Positions 10,946 to 24,256 of a stretch of DNA of 64,000 nucleotides are shown piece by piece. The position numbers and the translations under genes were made by a program. Source of the DNA: Takakia lepidozioides (taxonomy: Eukaryota > Plantae > Bryophyta); NCBI GenBank assembly GCA_030704615.1, contig CM060734.1:13826001-13890000 (forward strand), written 5' to 3'. Numbering within the stretch: position 1 is the stretch's first letter; every line of letters starts with the position of its first letter. The notes below the pieces were generated by a model. The model did no database searches, was not told the origin of the DNA, and worked only from the letters and a program-made list of their open reading frames with translations.

Positions 10946-13900
10946 ATGCGGATAGGATTTGAGAGCAGCATCGATATCTACCTCCGAGTGAGGCCCATAA
11001 GCAGTGGCGCTAGTGCTATCTACGAGCTGGATGTAGAGGAAGGGAATGTGAGGTGGACGGTTCCCAGGCACATATTGCCAGGAATGATCAACAACCAGCG
11101 CGAGCACTACAACTTTTCATTCACTGGCATTTTTGACTTGGAATCCAAGCAAGAGGTGGTTTTTGACAAGGTCGCCCAGAAGGTAAAAGCACTTCTTAAC
11201 AACCGCATTTGTACAGTGTATGGGTGTGAGTAGCAGGAGAGGGTTTTCAAACTCATAAAATTGTGCACCAGGGACGACAGTGAGAAATTGCATATTTATC
11301 CTCAAGGTTTGCTTCCAATATTAAGCCTTAGTCCCTGGAGTCACATGCTCCATAATAACAGAATCCGGGCCCAGGAGGTGTATTGGCTCCCCTTATATTG
11401 AGTTTGCCTGGTTTCTCTCTTGCAAGCTTGCTATGATGGTACAAGGAAAAACATTGCTGCATTTATGCGCATGCTCACTGTCATCTGGTGATTTCTTGGC
11501 CATGCTTGCTAATTTCAGATAAAAAGCCAAACTAAGAATGTTTCCACCTCATGCTTTGTTTATACCCTCTTCCCACTTCCCTCTATAATTGTAGCTTATA
11601 TAGCCTTTTCTTTCTGTCATCTCTCTTATATCAAGAGGCGGATGCATTGAGTGGCAGAGCAGGTGGTAGTGGGGGCGCTGGACGGGTACCGATGGGACGA
11701 TTTTCGCTTATGGGCAAACAGGGTCAGGAAAGACCTACACTATCACAGGAGGAGCTGAGCGCTATGTAGATCGCGGAATTATTCCCCGCGCCATCTCTCT
11801 CATCTTTAGCGAGGTGGCCCAAAGGAGCAAGTACACATACACTCTGCATTTTTCCTATCTGGAAATCTATAATGAGATGGGCTATGACCTCCTCAACCCT
11901 GACCATGAGACAAAAGCTCTTGAAGATCTGCCCAAGGTTTCCTGCTTCTCTCCTCATCTGGAACTGTACTTTGGTCTGACAGTTTCCTCGTCCTCGTCGG
12001 CTCTTGCATCTGCCTCCCTTTGGCTTGGTCATGTCTTTCCTTCGATACCATTCATCTGTGCTTGGGTTCTGTCTCAGGGAGGTAGTACCATGTAAGCTCA
12101 ATTAGCCATCCTAGTGCTATGTCTAAGAGGGTTAATACTGTGGGTCTAGGTCAAAATTTGGGCAAACAGATGTCCTCTGTCTTTCTGTCTGTCAGATCTT
12201 TCTCTGGTCCTGAGTATTCAGAAGAAGAGCCATCTCATCTGAGTTGAGGTAGAGGGCCACAGTTCATCACACAAGGGGCATTTTGCATATGAATGGAAAA
12301 ACTGCGGATTTTTGCAGGTAACATTGCTGGAAGACGAGGATAGTGTCTTCCATCTCCGCAATCTGTCACAGCACCTTGCCACGTATGTACGTGATGCTTG
12401 TCATTGCTATGTCTTTTAATGTGTAACTTTGATTCCCTTTGCAAACTCTGTGGATCTGTTTTCCTTGGTTACTGTGCCCACCATGAAGCACCTAAATAGA
12501 AAACAAAAAGCCCTCTTTGGTTTGAAGGCTGATTTGCAGGATTTTGTTTGTGGGAGACACAAATCGGACAATAAGCTCAACACCTATGAACATGGCCAGT
12601 AGTCGCTCACATTGCATTTTTACAGCCCACATTCTAGCATGCAAGGCAGGAGAGGACAGTGTGCGGAGGTCAAAGCTCAATTTAGTGGATCTCTGAACAT
12701 GTCTGGAAAACAGGGCTTGATGGTGAGGTATGTGACACTCTCAGCCCAAAATATCACTTCCAACATCTGATAATGCAGCCGTCTAATTGCTTCATAGGTG
12801 AGGATCCTCTCGGCACTTCTTCAGTCGAATTTCAAGTTATGTTACTCAGTGTGATATATCGGTCTGTGTTAGCAGAGAGGCGAAGTACATCAACCTGCCA
12901 CTGCACTTTCTGGAACAGGCATAGCTCTCCACCTATTCAGTCATGATGTATACTTAATAATCTTTTTGAGTATTCGATTCAAGATTCTTTCTGAGATGGA
13001 CTGTTAGTGACTTGAAAAACACCTGGGGGGAGGGGGAAGGGCAGGTGATAGTAGCACTACAGGAGAGATGCCAGGGAAAAACTCGCCACCACATTCCCTA
13101 CCGTAATTCTATGATGACCTCAGTCCTGCGAGATTCCATTGGAGGGAACTGCTGCACGGTAACATGGTTGACCATACTTACGTGCAATTTCATGAGGCTC
13201 CGCATGTGCGTTTGCTGCTGGAACTGTTCTACAGCTATATGCTTCACTAATTTATGACCTCATCACTTGTATATATGTGTCTCATGTCTGTTCACCTCCT
13301 TCAGCACTGCATTTGGAACTTCAATGGCAGGGCATACTAGACCAAGGTCTTTTTATGCTGTCTACATGATGCATAGCATCCACATACAAGATTTATGCAG
13401 GTGATGATAGCAACAGTGACAGTGGCGCAAGAGCAACTGGAAGAGACCATCTCCACCTGCCGCTTTGCTCAGCGTGTTACCCTCGTGTCCAATCAGGTAC
13501 AATTTTGGCAAGACTAGAAGCTAACATGCTAGTTTATCCTCATCTGCTACAAACTGAATGAGGGTATTTAATGGAGCCTAACAAAACAGAATGGGAACTG
13601 GAAATTGGGATGACAGGTAACACTGAACGAGGAGGTGGATCCAAACTTGCTCATAAAGCGGCTCAAGCAGCAAGTTCGAGACCTCAAGGTGAGCTCCTAC
13701 TTTCCTCCTCCAGCTTCGTCTTCTATACCGAAAGCCTGTGCTGCAAATTGAGACTGTGGTGAAGCTTTTTGGATGAATCGAAGGAAAATCAACCTCATAT
13801 GAAATCCTGTCTCCCACTACTGGAGCAAGCCCCTAACAATCCTCTCTCAACCTTTTCCTTTTCCCCGTTTCTATTGAACCAAATCAACTCAGATACGAAT

Positions 13901-16900
13901 GCTTTCCTCCCTTCCCGAAATACCTCCAGAGACCAGGCCCAACCCTCACTCTAATACTCCACGTACAGCATATCTCTTCCGCTTTTCCACTGTTCAGTTG
14001 GGATGCTAGGTCCGTGGGCCACAGGGTACGGCAAGAAAGTCCAATGAGTGTATCTAAACAAGGACATAAATGTGAACTATTTGAATGAGCAAAGGGGTTT
14101 TTGATTCATCCGGGAAGCACAGATAGCAGCAAAGGGAATGGATTTGCAATGGAGGCCGCAAAAGATTGTAAAGATCAGCTTCATGTTTTTGACATCTTGG
14201 TTCTTTGTAACTCACTAGGGTAGTCCCACGGGGGCAGTGCTGCAACATCATCTTTTGAGTTTAGTCTTTAGCTCCAGTCAATGTGCTCTCAAGTGGATTG
14301 TCATATGCTATGGATGGCTTGGATGGTCTAGATGCAAGTTGGACGCAACCAACTTTTGATTTTGGAGGTGATTCTAAAGGCCTTCTCTTCTGAGTTGTTC
14401 TTCTTGTCTGCTTATTCTTCGCACTAGATCTGCAAGCACTCATTTCCTGCACATATTCAATAACCAAGTTCTCTGATTGCAAATGACCCCTGTTCAGTAC
14501 TGTTCGGCACCAAAGTTTGAAAAAGGACCATACTGTAAACCATAATTAGTGTCGAGTTACGTTCGTCACAGCTCCAGCTGCAATCTATGGAGCATGGCCT
14601 GTTTCCTCTCTTCTGTCTCTGTTGTTATGACCATTGACATTCTCCATTGAATCCTTCATCCAAGCAACTCCTGTAGCCCATTGAAATTCGCTGGGCCTCT
14701 ACTCAGATCTCATTAATTTTTCAGTGTTGACAAAACTCCCTCTTGCAATATAATAGGTTGGCCCATTGTGCCAGGAACGATCACAGCTCAGCATCTCATC
14801 TTCTGACCTTTTCTCTCTGATAAGGACGGGTTCAATTGCTGCACCCTTCTGTGGCTGTGGCTTGTCGGCCCTGGCAGATTCTTAGTGCATAAGACTTGGT
14901 GCTTGGCCTTTCAAATGTTGATGAAACCTTGTCATGATTACAAATCCATAGTTGGGATTTGTAAAGGGAGGCTTGAGTCAGCTTACTTATCCTGCATATG
15001 AGCAGATTGTGCCTGGAAGTCGCAACACATGTGTCCCTCTGTAAGAAAGATCTGTGGGGTTGCGAAGTGAAGAATACTGGTAAAAGTGAAAGAGGTAATA
15101 AAGATATCATCTGCCTTATACCCATTGCTTGGTTGAAGTGGGTTGACAGTAAGCATGATGCAGATAAGAGCTGCCTTTGAAATTTTCAAGGAAATGCTCA
15201 ACCACAGTGGACTCAAAAAGCTTCAAGATGCGAATGGAGATTTTCCACCCATATCAGACTCCCTTGTCGCTGTAGAACTGTCAAATGTTGCAACCCTCCA
15301 ATCTCGCATCAGTGACTTACAATACCAGGTTTTGAGCCAATAGTTGCCACACTCCACTGACTCTCTGACTACAAACTGAGCACCCACTGTTTTTTCTCAA
15401 AGTATGGGACAGATCTACTGTAGAGCTCTGCAATTCTTATCTCATAGCAATTCTGGATATCTGCCACTCATTGAAAGATGTGCTAAATTGTGAAAGTGTT
15501 TGCATGTTTGGCATTGGTAGGTCCTAGGTGAGAATACATGCATTTCATCAAGTTTCAGGACAACCGAGTGAACTTGTGGGTAGTATCTTATTCACTGAAA
15601 TCCAACCTCAAAATGATATCTTTATGCCCTTGAACTATGCAACAGGAAAAGCATTCCATTAATGTACTATCAATTGCCTTATGTGTGGGTGATGCATGCA
15701 GTTGCAACAACGAGACAATGAGATCAACATCCTAGTCGCCTTCATCAGGAAACTGGAGGCAGCAGGCAAGATTGGACCTGTCTGTACTGATGGGCACACC
15801 AAAGAGGCAGGGATCTGTGGAGGCACCCAAAGTGGGACCGAGTCCTGTAATGTCTCAAGTGGAATCCAAGCAAGGATGCTGCACTTCTCAGAGAAGATGG
15901 AAGGAAGTAAACTGCAAGGGATCACCCAAGATGGAATGATGTGTGGAAGGACCCCAAATTCGGCTGAGTCTAGTATTGCCTCAATAGGAGTTCCGGAAAG
16001 AATGCTAAACATCTCAAAGAACATGGTAGAAGAAAAAAAACTGGAACAGATCGGATTGCAAGTCACTGCCAAGGACTCCGGGGATCAACCAGCACAAGCA
16101 CACAATTCTGTAGTGGATCGACAACAGGCCTTTGAGTTGTATGTTCCATGCACCATCGGTGAAGTTCTAGGGTACTCGTCAGTGTGTTTATCCGAGTACA
16201 GTTGTGTAGGCAGATGGTTCTGGGACAATGAGAGATGTGAGAGAGAATGTACTTGATGTTGTTTTCCATAGCCTTGTGGCCATAGACTCCGCGCCTGGTG
16301 TGGGCAGAACAAGAGGGAGCAGATACTACCTTTGTGAGGGGCTCACTCCTGTAGTGGGACTCACCTTGATATAAAAAAATGGGGCTTTCTAGAAATCCTC
16401 TAGAAAGCCCTGCCCAGCAGTTGTTCTGCCTGGTGTGGGCAGAACAAGAGGGAGCAGACACTACCTTTGTGAGGGGCTCACTCCTGTAGTGGGACTCACC
16501 TTGATATAAAAAGATCGGGCTTTCTAGAAATCCTCTAGAAAGCCCTGCCCAGCAGTTGGACCCCAGCAGGGCCAGGGCTAGAGGCTCAGCCTTGAGATTT
16601 CGAAAGTTGGTGAACAGAGGTGCAGTGACTATGTTCTTCATGGTCAAGAAGAGGGTCCTCGCTGATGAGAATCCGCGAGACATTATATCAGAAAATGGAT
16701 ACTGTCTTCAGACTGCTTGCACATTAGGCATTGACAATGTCCCTTTCCTCTCTGCATCTGTTTATTGTTCAAAGGTAGAATCACACCCTGAGTTTGACAT
16801 CCTAGCGCTGAGGGTAGGTAGGCCCTTCAGGTCAGCCTTAAGGTCCTCACCCATGTCAGAGAGATGTGAGAGAATGTACTCAGAAGACGTTTGCCATAGC

Positions 16901-19672
16901 CTTGTGGCCATAGACCCTGTGCCCAGTTTGGGGGAACTAGAGGACACCACTACCTTTGTGAAGGGCTCACTCCAGCAGTGGGACTTACCTTGATATAAGC
17001 AATTAGTTTGGGCTTTCCAGATTCCTCTAGAATGCCCTTCGCACAAACATCAATCTGCTGTGTGTGAGCTGCCCAGCAATTAGACCCCAACAGGGCCAGG
17101 GTTTTAGGCTCAGCCTCAAGATGTGAGAGAAGACAAGAAGGGAGGGGGTGCGAACACAGCAAACGTCCAATCCAAGGTATTGTTTGCTATCTCTCTGTCA
17201 ATCTTTGGTCTCATCATGCACATGCACTGATTGCAGGTTCTCACAAAACTACGATAAGATGGATGCTATTGAAGAGAATAAGGCACTTCTAAAAACCATA
17301 ACATGAACAAAGTCACATGAGAAAAACAGAGAAGGGGATTGAAACCATAGCAAGTACTCACCTCCCGGGGGTGGTTGACTTGCTCGCCAAGGGCTTTGGC
17401 TTCTTTGTACATGGATCACTTGAGACTAGATTGATGATGAAGCTGAAGTCAAATGAGGGCTCTCACTGGTTGAACATTCCTGCATCCTCAGAGTCTGCTT
17501 GGACTTGCCTTCAGGAAACGACACACAGGAAGGCACACAGATCGGGTTTATGATTTGTAGTTGGAGTTTTGGCATAGTTAATGATCAGTGGGGGTTAGAT
17601 GCTATCTTGTTCAACACATTTATGTCCCTTTCAATGGTTTTACGCTTTTACCATACCGTGCATTGGGAACAATCTCCTCTCTCATCCAAGAGTAGAACCA
17701 GTTTGGAAAGATTTATGAATATGAGGATTTTTTGTTTTCCAAATGGTTCCGCTTTGATATGGACGTGGAATTTTATACAAGAGACACTTTTAAGTGGCCA
17801 GGCATGAAACCTGAGCATTGTCTTGGGTAACTATGGTCCAGCACAATGAAAGGGCTGTTGTATAACTCCATTTTGCAGAATTCCTGATTTGTTCATATCT
17901 AGTTGTTCAGCCCTAGTCAGTCAGTAGTCAGTATTGCACTTATTCTGCTCTGCACAAGCTTAAGGGATGATTATTCTTACTAACTCATTTAGCTAAAGCT
18001 GCCTGTCTATGTTGCTTGATGGGTGTTCGAATAGAATATCAATGAGCTGAAGACCCAGATTGAGAAGCACCATGTGGAATGTGCCAGGAAGTACCTTGTG
18101 TCCGGTAGTGAGGGCACAGTCTTTGAGCCTGATCATGAGGAAGACCACCTTGTCTCTCTCATAGACGCTGAGAAGGTATCTGTCACAAACAGCAGTGTTC
18201 AACTAACTTGAACTCATCTGTTTTTAGGTAGAAAGCGACAGCACCACTGTTGCAGTCAGCATAATATCAATTTCAGTCCTTACGTCCACACTCAATCCAC
18301 TTTGACTGGCTTGTCTTGGCTCTAAGGTCCAAGTTTCATTGCTGGTGGGTAAATGCCTTTACTGGCTCTGAGAGGGTTGGGATCACGGAAGAATTCCCTC
18401 AAGGGTACACCACAACAATACTCAAGACGAAATAACAGTTGATGAGTGAACCTAGTGCAGTAAGTGCAATCAATATCAGAGTTATATTCCTGATTGTTTG
18501 GCTGCGGTTGAAAATCATTGAACCCAGCTGCGTAGAGCACTGCAGCCCAGAGCAATCAGGAGCATCAAGGACTTACGATTAATTTGCGGTACCAAAGTCG
18601 GGTTTCTTTCAAGAAGATTGTCCCTGTACTCTCAGCAGGCTGTGTCCGGCAGGCACAGACTGAACTTGAGCACATTCACAAATGCGGCAAGTAGTACTGT
18701 GGCTTTTAACTGTGTACTGTGACACTAGTAAAACTTTACAATACACCTCATCAAATTTGTCAGGTGATGAGCCTACTGGCTGCTCCTGAAATTCTCTAAA
18801 TGTTGTGTACATGATTGCTGATAGGAATAGTGGGCTCAGAAACTGATAACAAGAGCACACAATGTCAATTTTAGTTGTTTTTCCTTGCTGGTTGCAAGCA
18901 GGGTTTGTTGTAACATCATCAGTGAAAGCCCTCTGAACTTTCTGGTGAGTGTGACATGTACCAACAAGACTACAAGAAAGGATTTAGCCATTTACGGGAC
19001 CTGAAGAAAGAGATTGAGCATCTTCACAAACTTCTAGAGCAAGGCCGTGTTCGCCTCCAGGTAAGCCTTCTTAGTCTTAACTACTGGCACTTGTCCGTGA
19101 AAAGGTCATTGGTGAAACATAACCAATACACCACTTAGAGGCTTGCTTGGTTGCTGTGGATACAAAAGTCCTGGATAAAGGTCTCCTTATCTCCCTCTGT
19201 CCTCCTCTCTTCTGGCTCTTTATGCTGTCCATGGATGTTGTAAATTTTCTTTCCTACTGTCTGTCTTTCTCTCTTCTGTCTGTCTTGGAAATCTCATTTG
19301 GAACTTGCTTTTCATCCCATACCCTCCCTCCTCCTAGGGCGTCCTGTGATACACAAACAGACACACATATTTATGTGTTGTGGTGAGGCATCGACTCTCT
19401 CTCTCTCTCTCTCTCTTGCTAACAAAAATGATTTCATTCATTAGTAGTATATTGACAATCAAAGAGAACTACAGATGGATTTTGAACACTACCTGAGTGC
19501 CATGGCTCGCCCGCAACTATCACCCTCCACATTAGCAGCAGAGACAGCCTCCTTGGGCCGTCCCTCATCACTGCTGGGCACAAAAGTAGGGTCGGGCCAA
19601 ACCGTCTTAAATTCTGCGTGCAAGAACTTGATTACAAGTGGACAGGAGCTGGAGACCTTTGTGCGTACTTGA
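10946..19672 (+). pseudogene. KIF6: Kinesin-9 family (KIF6-like) multi-exon gene with disabling lesions
   Basis: Exons approx. 10946-11182, 11663-11936, 12318-12382, 12540-12727, 12874-12918, 13045-13158, 13401-13496, 13617-13688, 15164-15328, 15702-16138, 17238-17300, 18956-19060, 19475-19672. Motifs IYLRVRP, IFAYGQTGSGKT, SYLEIYNEMGYDLL, SSRSHCIF, HIPYRNSMMTSVLRDSIGGNC, STCRFAQRV. There is a +1 frameshift at ~11689 (TACCGATGGG) and the DLAGSE motif is broken at ~12690 (GTGGATCTCTGA). Confidence 0.8.
16293..16558. repeat. 135-bp tandem duplication in a kinesin intron, with a diverged third copy at ~16860-17130
   Basis: gcctggtgtgggcagaacaagagg… starts at 16293 and 16428; each unit holds the hairpin gggctttctaga-aatcc-tctagaaagccc. 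Confidence 0.8.
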
Positions 19673-20629
19673 GCTTAACGGGAGGGATCACATGGAAGTT
19701 CAGCTCCAAGGTTTCAACTCTCCCTCCTGTCTTCAGTTTTGTATTGAAGATATGGTTGTCCACGTATTAGTGCAGTCATTTAGCTCTGCTATGATCTTCT
19801 CCAATGATGGCAAGCTTTCTGCAAAGGGGCCAGTACTTCCTCTTAGACAGAACCAAGAGTTGCAGTTAATTTATCAATTCATCCCATGCATGTTTTGTAC
19901 ACAAGAGTGTCCACCGGGAGGCTACTTGCGGATTCTCTGGGCCCACACTATGCTTGGGAGGTGGAGTCTGGTCATTGCTCATTGGTCTCAGTAAATTACT
20001 TACAAGATTTGTTATTGATGTAAGCATTTTTTGTTCATTCATGTAGTGGGTGCAACTTCAGGGCATCGTCGGTAACCATCCCAGAGTCGCTGTGGGATTT
20101 CCACGACAGGCTCAATGGTGATATGCAGTTGAAGTGCTAAATGAGTATCCTGGCATTGGCATCATGTAAGCATATTGATTGCAACACAGCTACATGCACC
20201 ATCTGATTAACACAGATGCGTATGACATGAAGATCACGTTATTGATTAAACTTTGCATGCCTTGGCTTTATTGCCATAGGTTCTTGCCCGTTGTCACGAG
20301 TGGGAGCCAGAGCAGAGAGATGTGTGAAAAACAAAGAAAGGAATGTCTAATGTCCACTAAGAGCCCAAGTAACAAACATAAATGTACAGCCACAAAACAA
20401 AAGGCGGAGTGAGATTAGATGCATGACGATTTCACTGAGGCTGGCTTAGCTCAACTTAAAATAGGGAGAATAAGCAAGAAAAATGAATATAAGAATTACT
20501 TTTGGAAGGCTTAACCATTCAACATCTGGCATGTTGGGGCATAATAACAGGTGCAGGCATGAAAAGGGGTGTGCACTTTGGAAGTCTCTCAAGTGGATCT
20601 CGTAGAGAGGCACCTTCAAAGGAAGGCTA

Positions 20630-21845
20630 GGGAATTCCAAAAAGGCCTTGATGTGAAATGCATCGCAATTCACTTGATCACCCCCTAAAAGTGCGCAATT
20701 CAATTGAATTGCAAGGGCAATTCAATTGAACTAACCCTAATTTGCAATTCAATTGAATTGTTGGCACACGATTCAATTGAATTGCGAATTGGCAATTCAA
20801 TTGAATTGCAAGGGCAATTCAATTGAACTAACCCTAATTTGCAATTCAATTGAATTGTTGGCACACGATTCAATTGAATTGCGAATTGGCAATTCAATTG
20901 AATTGTCAACTCGCAATTCAATTGAATTGCTGACTACAATCTATAATTTTTAACTTATTTTTGTATATAATATATAATATATATGTACATGTATATATTC
21001 AAATTATATTTATACACATATAAGAGTATAAGCTAAAAATACATGTTGCCCGTCTATTCTTGTTGGCCCTCTTTCTTGTGCCCTTGAGGAAATTGTGGAG
21101 CTGTGAAGCCACCCTCAGCCTCAGCGAGAAAGGGAGAGCCAGAGACGGAGACAGATCAGCAGCTTCCTGTGATTCACTGGCAAAAGAAACATGGCTGGCT
21201 CCGAAAAAAACAGACAAAATCAAACCTGACAATTGATGAAAGGCTTCCCCTGCATCACCATGTAGTCCCCTAACACTAGTATCTGGCCCAGGACAAAGGA
21301 AACAAAAAATATGTTCATCTTGAGAATTATCAAAAATTTCGATACCCTTACAAAGGTATCATGTTGAAGTTGGGATGTGTGTTCTATATAAGTTTAATAT
21401 ATCAAACTCTTACACGTTGATACTCTTACATGGGTATCATGTTTGGTATATGTACATAGCCATATATTGGCACCAACATCCACAAAGAGAGACAATCCCG
21501 CTTTTACTAGCGCTTCGTGACTTCCTCTCTCTCTCTCTCCCTCTCTCGCTCTCCCTTAGGCTTATCTCGGGCTCAAGCCTTACCACGGGCAAAGGATTGA
21601 CAGACGGACAGCAAGCAACATGTATTTTTAGCTTATACCTGTGTATGTATATATGTATAATTTAAATATATACATATATATATTATATACAGAAATAAGT
21701 TAAAAATTATAGATTACAATTCAATTGAATTGTAATCAGCAATTCAATTGAATTGCCAACTAGCGATTCAATTGAATTGCACACTTTTAGGGGGTGATCG
21801 AGTGAATTGCGATGCATTTCACATCAAGGCCTTTTTGGAATTCCC
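20630..21845. mobile_element. Non-autonomous TIR element (MITE/foldback) with long inverted ends
   Basis: GGGAATTCCAAAAAGGCCTTGATGTGAAATGCATCGC… at 20630 is the reverse complement of the end at 21845. Inverted similarity extends a few hundred bp inward. Flanked by TA (or CTAG) on both sides; subterminal repeats of the palindrome AATTCAATTGAATT. Confidence 0.85.
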
Positions 21846-22828
21846 TAGAAGGCGACTCTTTGAATGGTGCAATTCCACTGACAGGCGGCCCTAGTACCGA
21901 CGTTTGCACGGACCAACATTCTCAACCTCAAACCGCAGCTCCAATAATATGCTATCATTACTGGAAATCACAAAGACTGGTAATCCAGCCATGTTTTGGC
22001 CTGATGGGGTGAGGGTGGAGTTAATGAACTTTTGACTTGCACAATTGGAGTTCTCTTACTACTGTATTCCCTCAATCTAATCAAGAATTAATCTCTCTAA
22101 GCCACTTGTTATCATTCTTAACCTCTCGTAGCCTAAGCTTCCACTGCCCAACTACACATTTGTGTTCATCTATATTACAAACATGAATGTTGCGAGGCAA
22201 GTTTTCAATTCACTTCCATGCAAGCAAGCAAAAGATGGCAGTAGCCATACAGCCATAAGGTAGACACGCTGGCTACAGCCGGTGTCTTCTCTCTCTCTCT
22301 CTCTCTCTCTCACTTCATCATTTCACCGTTAATTCCTGCGGGGGGCTAATTGCCCCTCTCACAGTTATCACAGCAGGGTCCAAGATGAGATACACAGCCT
22401 CAAATCATCACACAAAAACCTCCATCTGCCTAACATACCGATTTCAGCGCTGGCATTCAGTTTAGTTTAGCTTGATTTTAGTTGGTGGGTTCCTTGCCCT
22501 GTCTTTCCTCTCTCTCATCATTGAGGCTAGCAGCTTCTTGAGAGTAAGAGCTGGGGAAGTCATAGCAGCCACACTGGCGGAGAGGTACAAGCAAGAGTGC
22601 CACACATTGCAGAAAGGCTGGAGGGACTGGAATCATCAGGCCAACACGGCCGCCCGAGCTTGAGGATGTGCAATACCGTGGTTCCTGCTGGTGCCTAGAG
22701 ATATACGTCAAAATCAGCTTCAGGGGAATCCCTCACTTAAACTACCATAACATCAAACACCATTGATAGGATTCAGTGTGAAAGAATACTTACAACTAGT
22801 GTGTTGTGGATGAGGTGTTCGAACATTG

Positions 22829-24046
22829 CTAGCTGAGTAGTTGCTCTGCAATTTGCACAGCATTCAGCGCAGCTCCCTTGCGTATTTGGTCACCGCATAC
22901 AAACAGATCAAGTCCGTAGTTTCCTTCTTGAGAAATATCGTGCCGTATCCGTCCAACAGCCACGGCATCCTTGGTGGATACCTCAAGAGGTGTAGGAAAG
23001 TTGTTTCCGTAGCGATCATCAACAACTATAACACCCTTCGCGTGTTGCAAGATCTCCCTGGCCGTGTCCTCATCCAAAGGATTCTCAAATTGAAGGTTGA
23101 TGCTTTCAGCATGGGCGCGCATCACCGGCACCCGGATACACGTGGCGGTCACTTTCACATCCTGGTCATTCCAGATTTTGCGGGTCTCCTTCACCAGCTT
23201 CATTTCCTCCTCATTGTAGCCATTCTCCGTCACTGGCGAGTTGTGTGAGAACAGGTTGAATGCATACTGGCGATTAAAAATGTTGCAAGTTGGTTCTTTT
23301 CCGTCAAGCACCTCACGTGTTTGTTGCTCCAGCTCAGCCATAGCTGCCGCCCCAGCTCCACTAGCAGCCTGATACGTGCTCACAACCATCCTTTTCACTT
23401 TCGCATGCCGATGGAGAGGAGTGGCAGCCATAAGACAAATGATGGTGGAGCAATTAGGGTTGGCAATGAGTGCTCCTTGCTTGTTGCTCAGCTTGATGTG
23501 TGCCATTGCATCCACATTCACCTCAGGCACCACAAGCGGGACGTCCTCAGCCATCCGAAAGGCAGAGCTGTTGTCCACAACAATGGACCCTCCTGCTGCT
23601 GCCAATCGCCCATACTCTTTACTGATGGACCCCCCGGCACTGAAGAGGGCAATGTCGATGCCCTCGAAGCTACCTTCAACGAGTTCCTCCACCTCATAAT
23701 CGCGACCCTCAAACGTCATATGCTTCCCAGCTGAGCGCTTGCTGGCGAGAAGCTTCAGATTGCGGTATGGAAAGTCCCGGTCCGACAACACACTCAGAAA
23801 TTCCTGACCCACCGCACCCGTCACGCCCACCACCGCCACTGTTGGCCCATGCTCGCTCAAACCCATTCTGATAACCCCCCTTCTTTGTCTCCTTGAAGAA
23901 TGTTGTCGCCCGCATACCTTCTGCTTCCAATTGAGAATCCTCCACATGCATGGGTAGCAGCTCGGACTGGAGACAACCTGAGAGCCCTGGGCTGAAGAGA
24001 AACTAGATTCAGAAAGAGCTTGCGACAGATGCAGAGACGTAGCCAT
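22829..24046 (-). CDS. ASD: Aspartate-semialdehyde dehydrogenase, plastid-targeted precursor (405 aa, intronless)
   Basis: Uninterrupted ORF from ATG 24046 with a Ser/Arg-rich transit-peptide-like N-terminus. Rossmann VAVVGVTGAVG, VVDNSSAFRM, catalytic IANPNCSTI, STYQAASGAG, TCIRVPVMRAHAES, GDQIRKGAALNAVQIAE. Confidence 0.95.
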   Translation of the reverse strand: MATSLHLSQALSESSFSSAQGSQVVSSPSCYPCMWRILNWKQKVCGRQHSSRRQRRGVIRMGLSEHGPTVAVVGVTGAVGQEFLSVLSDRDFPYRNLKLLASKRSAGKHMTFEGRDYEVEELVEGSFEGIDIALFSAGGSISKEYGRLAAAGGSIVVDNSSAFRMAEDVPLVVPEVNVDAMAHIKLSNKQGALIANPNCSTIICLMAATPLHRHAKVKRMVVSTYQAASGAGAAAMAELEQQTREVLDGKEPTCNIFNRQYAFNLFSHNSPVTENGYNEEEMKLVKETRKIWNDQDVKVTATCIRVPVMRAHAESINLQFENPLDEDTAREILQHAKGVIVVDDRYGNNFPTPLEVSTKDAVAVGRIRHDISQEGNYGLDLFVCGDQIRKGAALNAVQIAEQLLS

Positions 24047-24256
24047 CTTCCTTCTCGCGATCGTTTCCAAGCTCGAGCGCGATCGCGAATGTGCGAGCTT
24101 GAGCTCAGCGCAGAGATGTCTGCATCACAAGTCTGTGTACTCCGGTATGGATGAAAGATTCAGGGTTTAGCGCCACCCCCATCTCATCCCGTTATCGTCC
24201 ATCCATATTTTAGGCGGAATTTACGCAAGACTTTACGACAATTTCCTTAATTTCTG

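Noticed and set aside
10829-11233. RT-kinesin fusion gene
   Set aside because: The RT is truncated at 10847, the frames differ, and the kinesin has its own ATG at 10946.
17300-18900. Possible degraded TE fragment in a kinesin intron
   Set aside because: No diagnostic motifs or termini could be identified by eye.
19395-22310. (TC)n microsatellites at ~19395, ~21525 and ~22287
   Set aside because: Ordinary short simple repeats.
22829-24070. Bacterial contamination or recent horizontal transfer for ASD
   Set aside because: It has a transit-peptide-like extension and plant-type sequence, embedded in eukaryotic TEs; the TTG start at 24070 was rejected in favour of ATG 24046.
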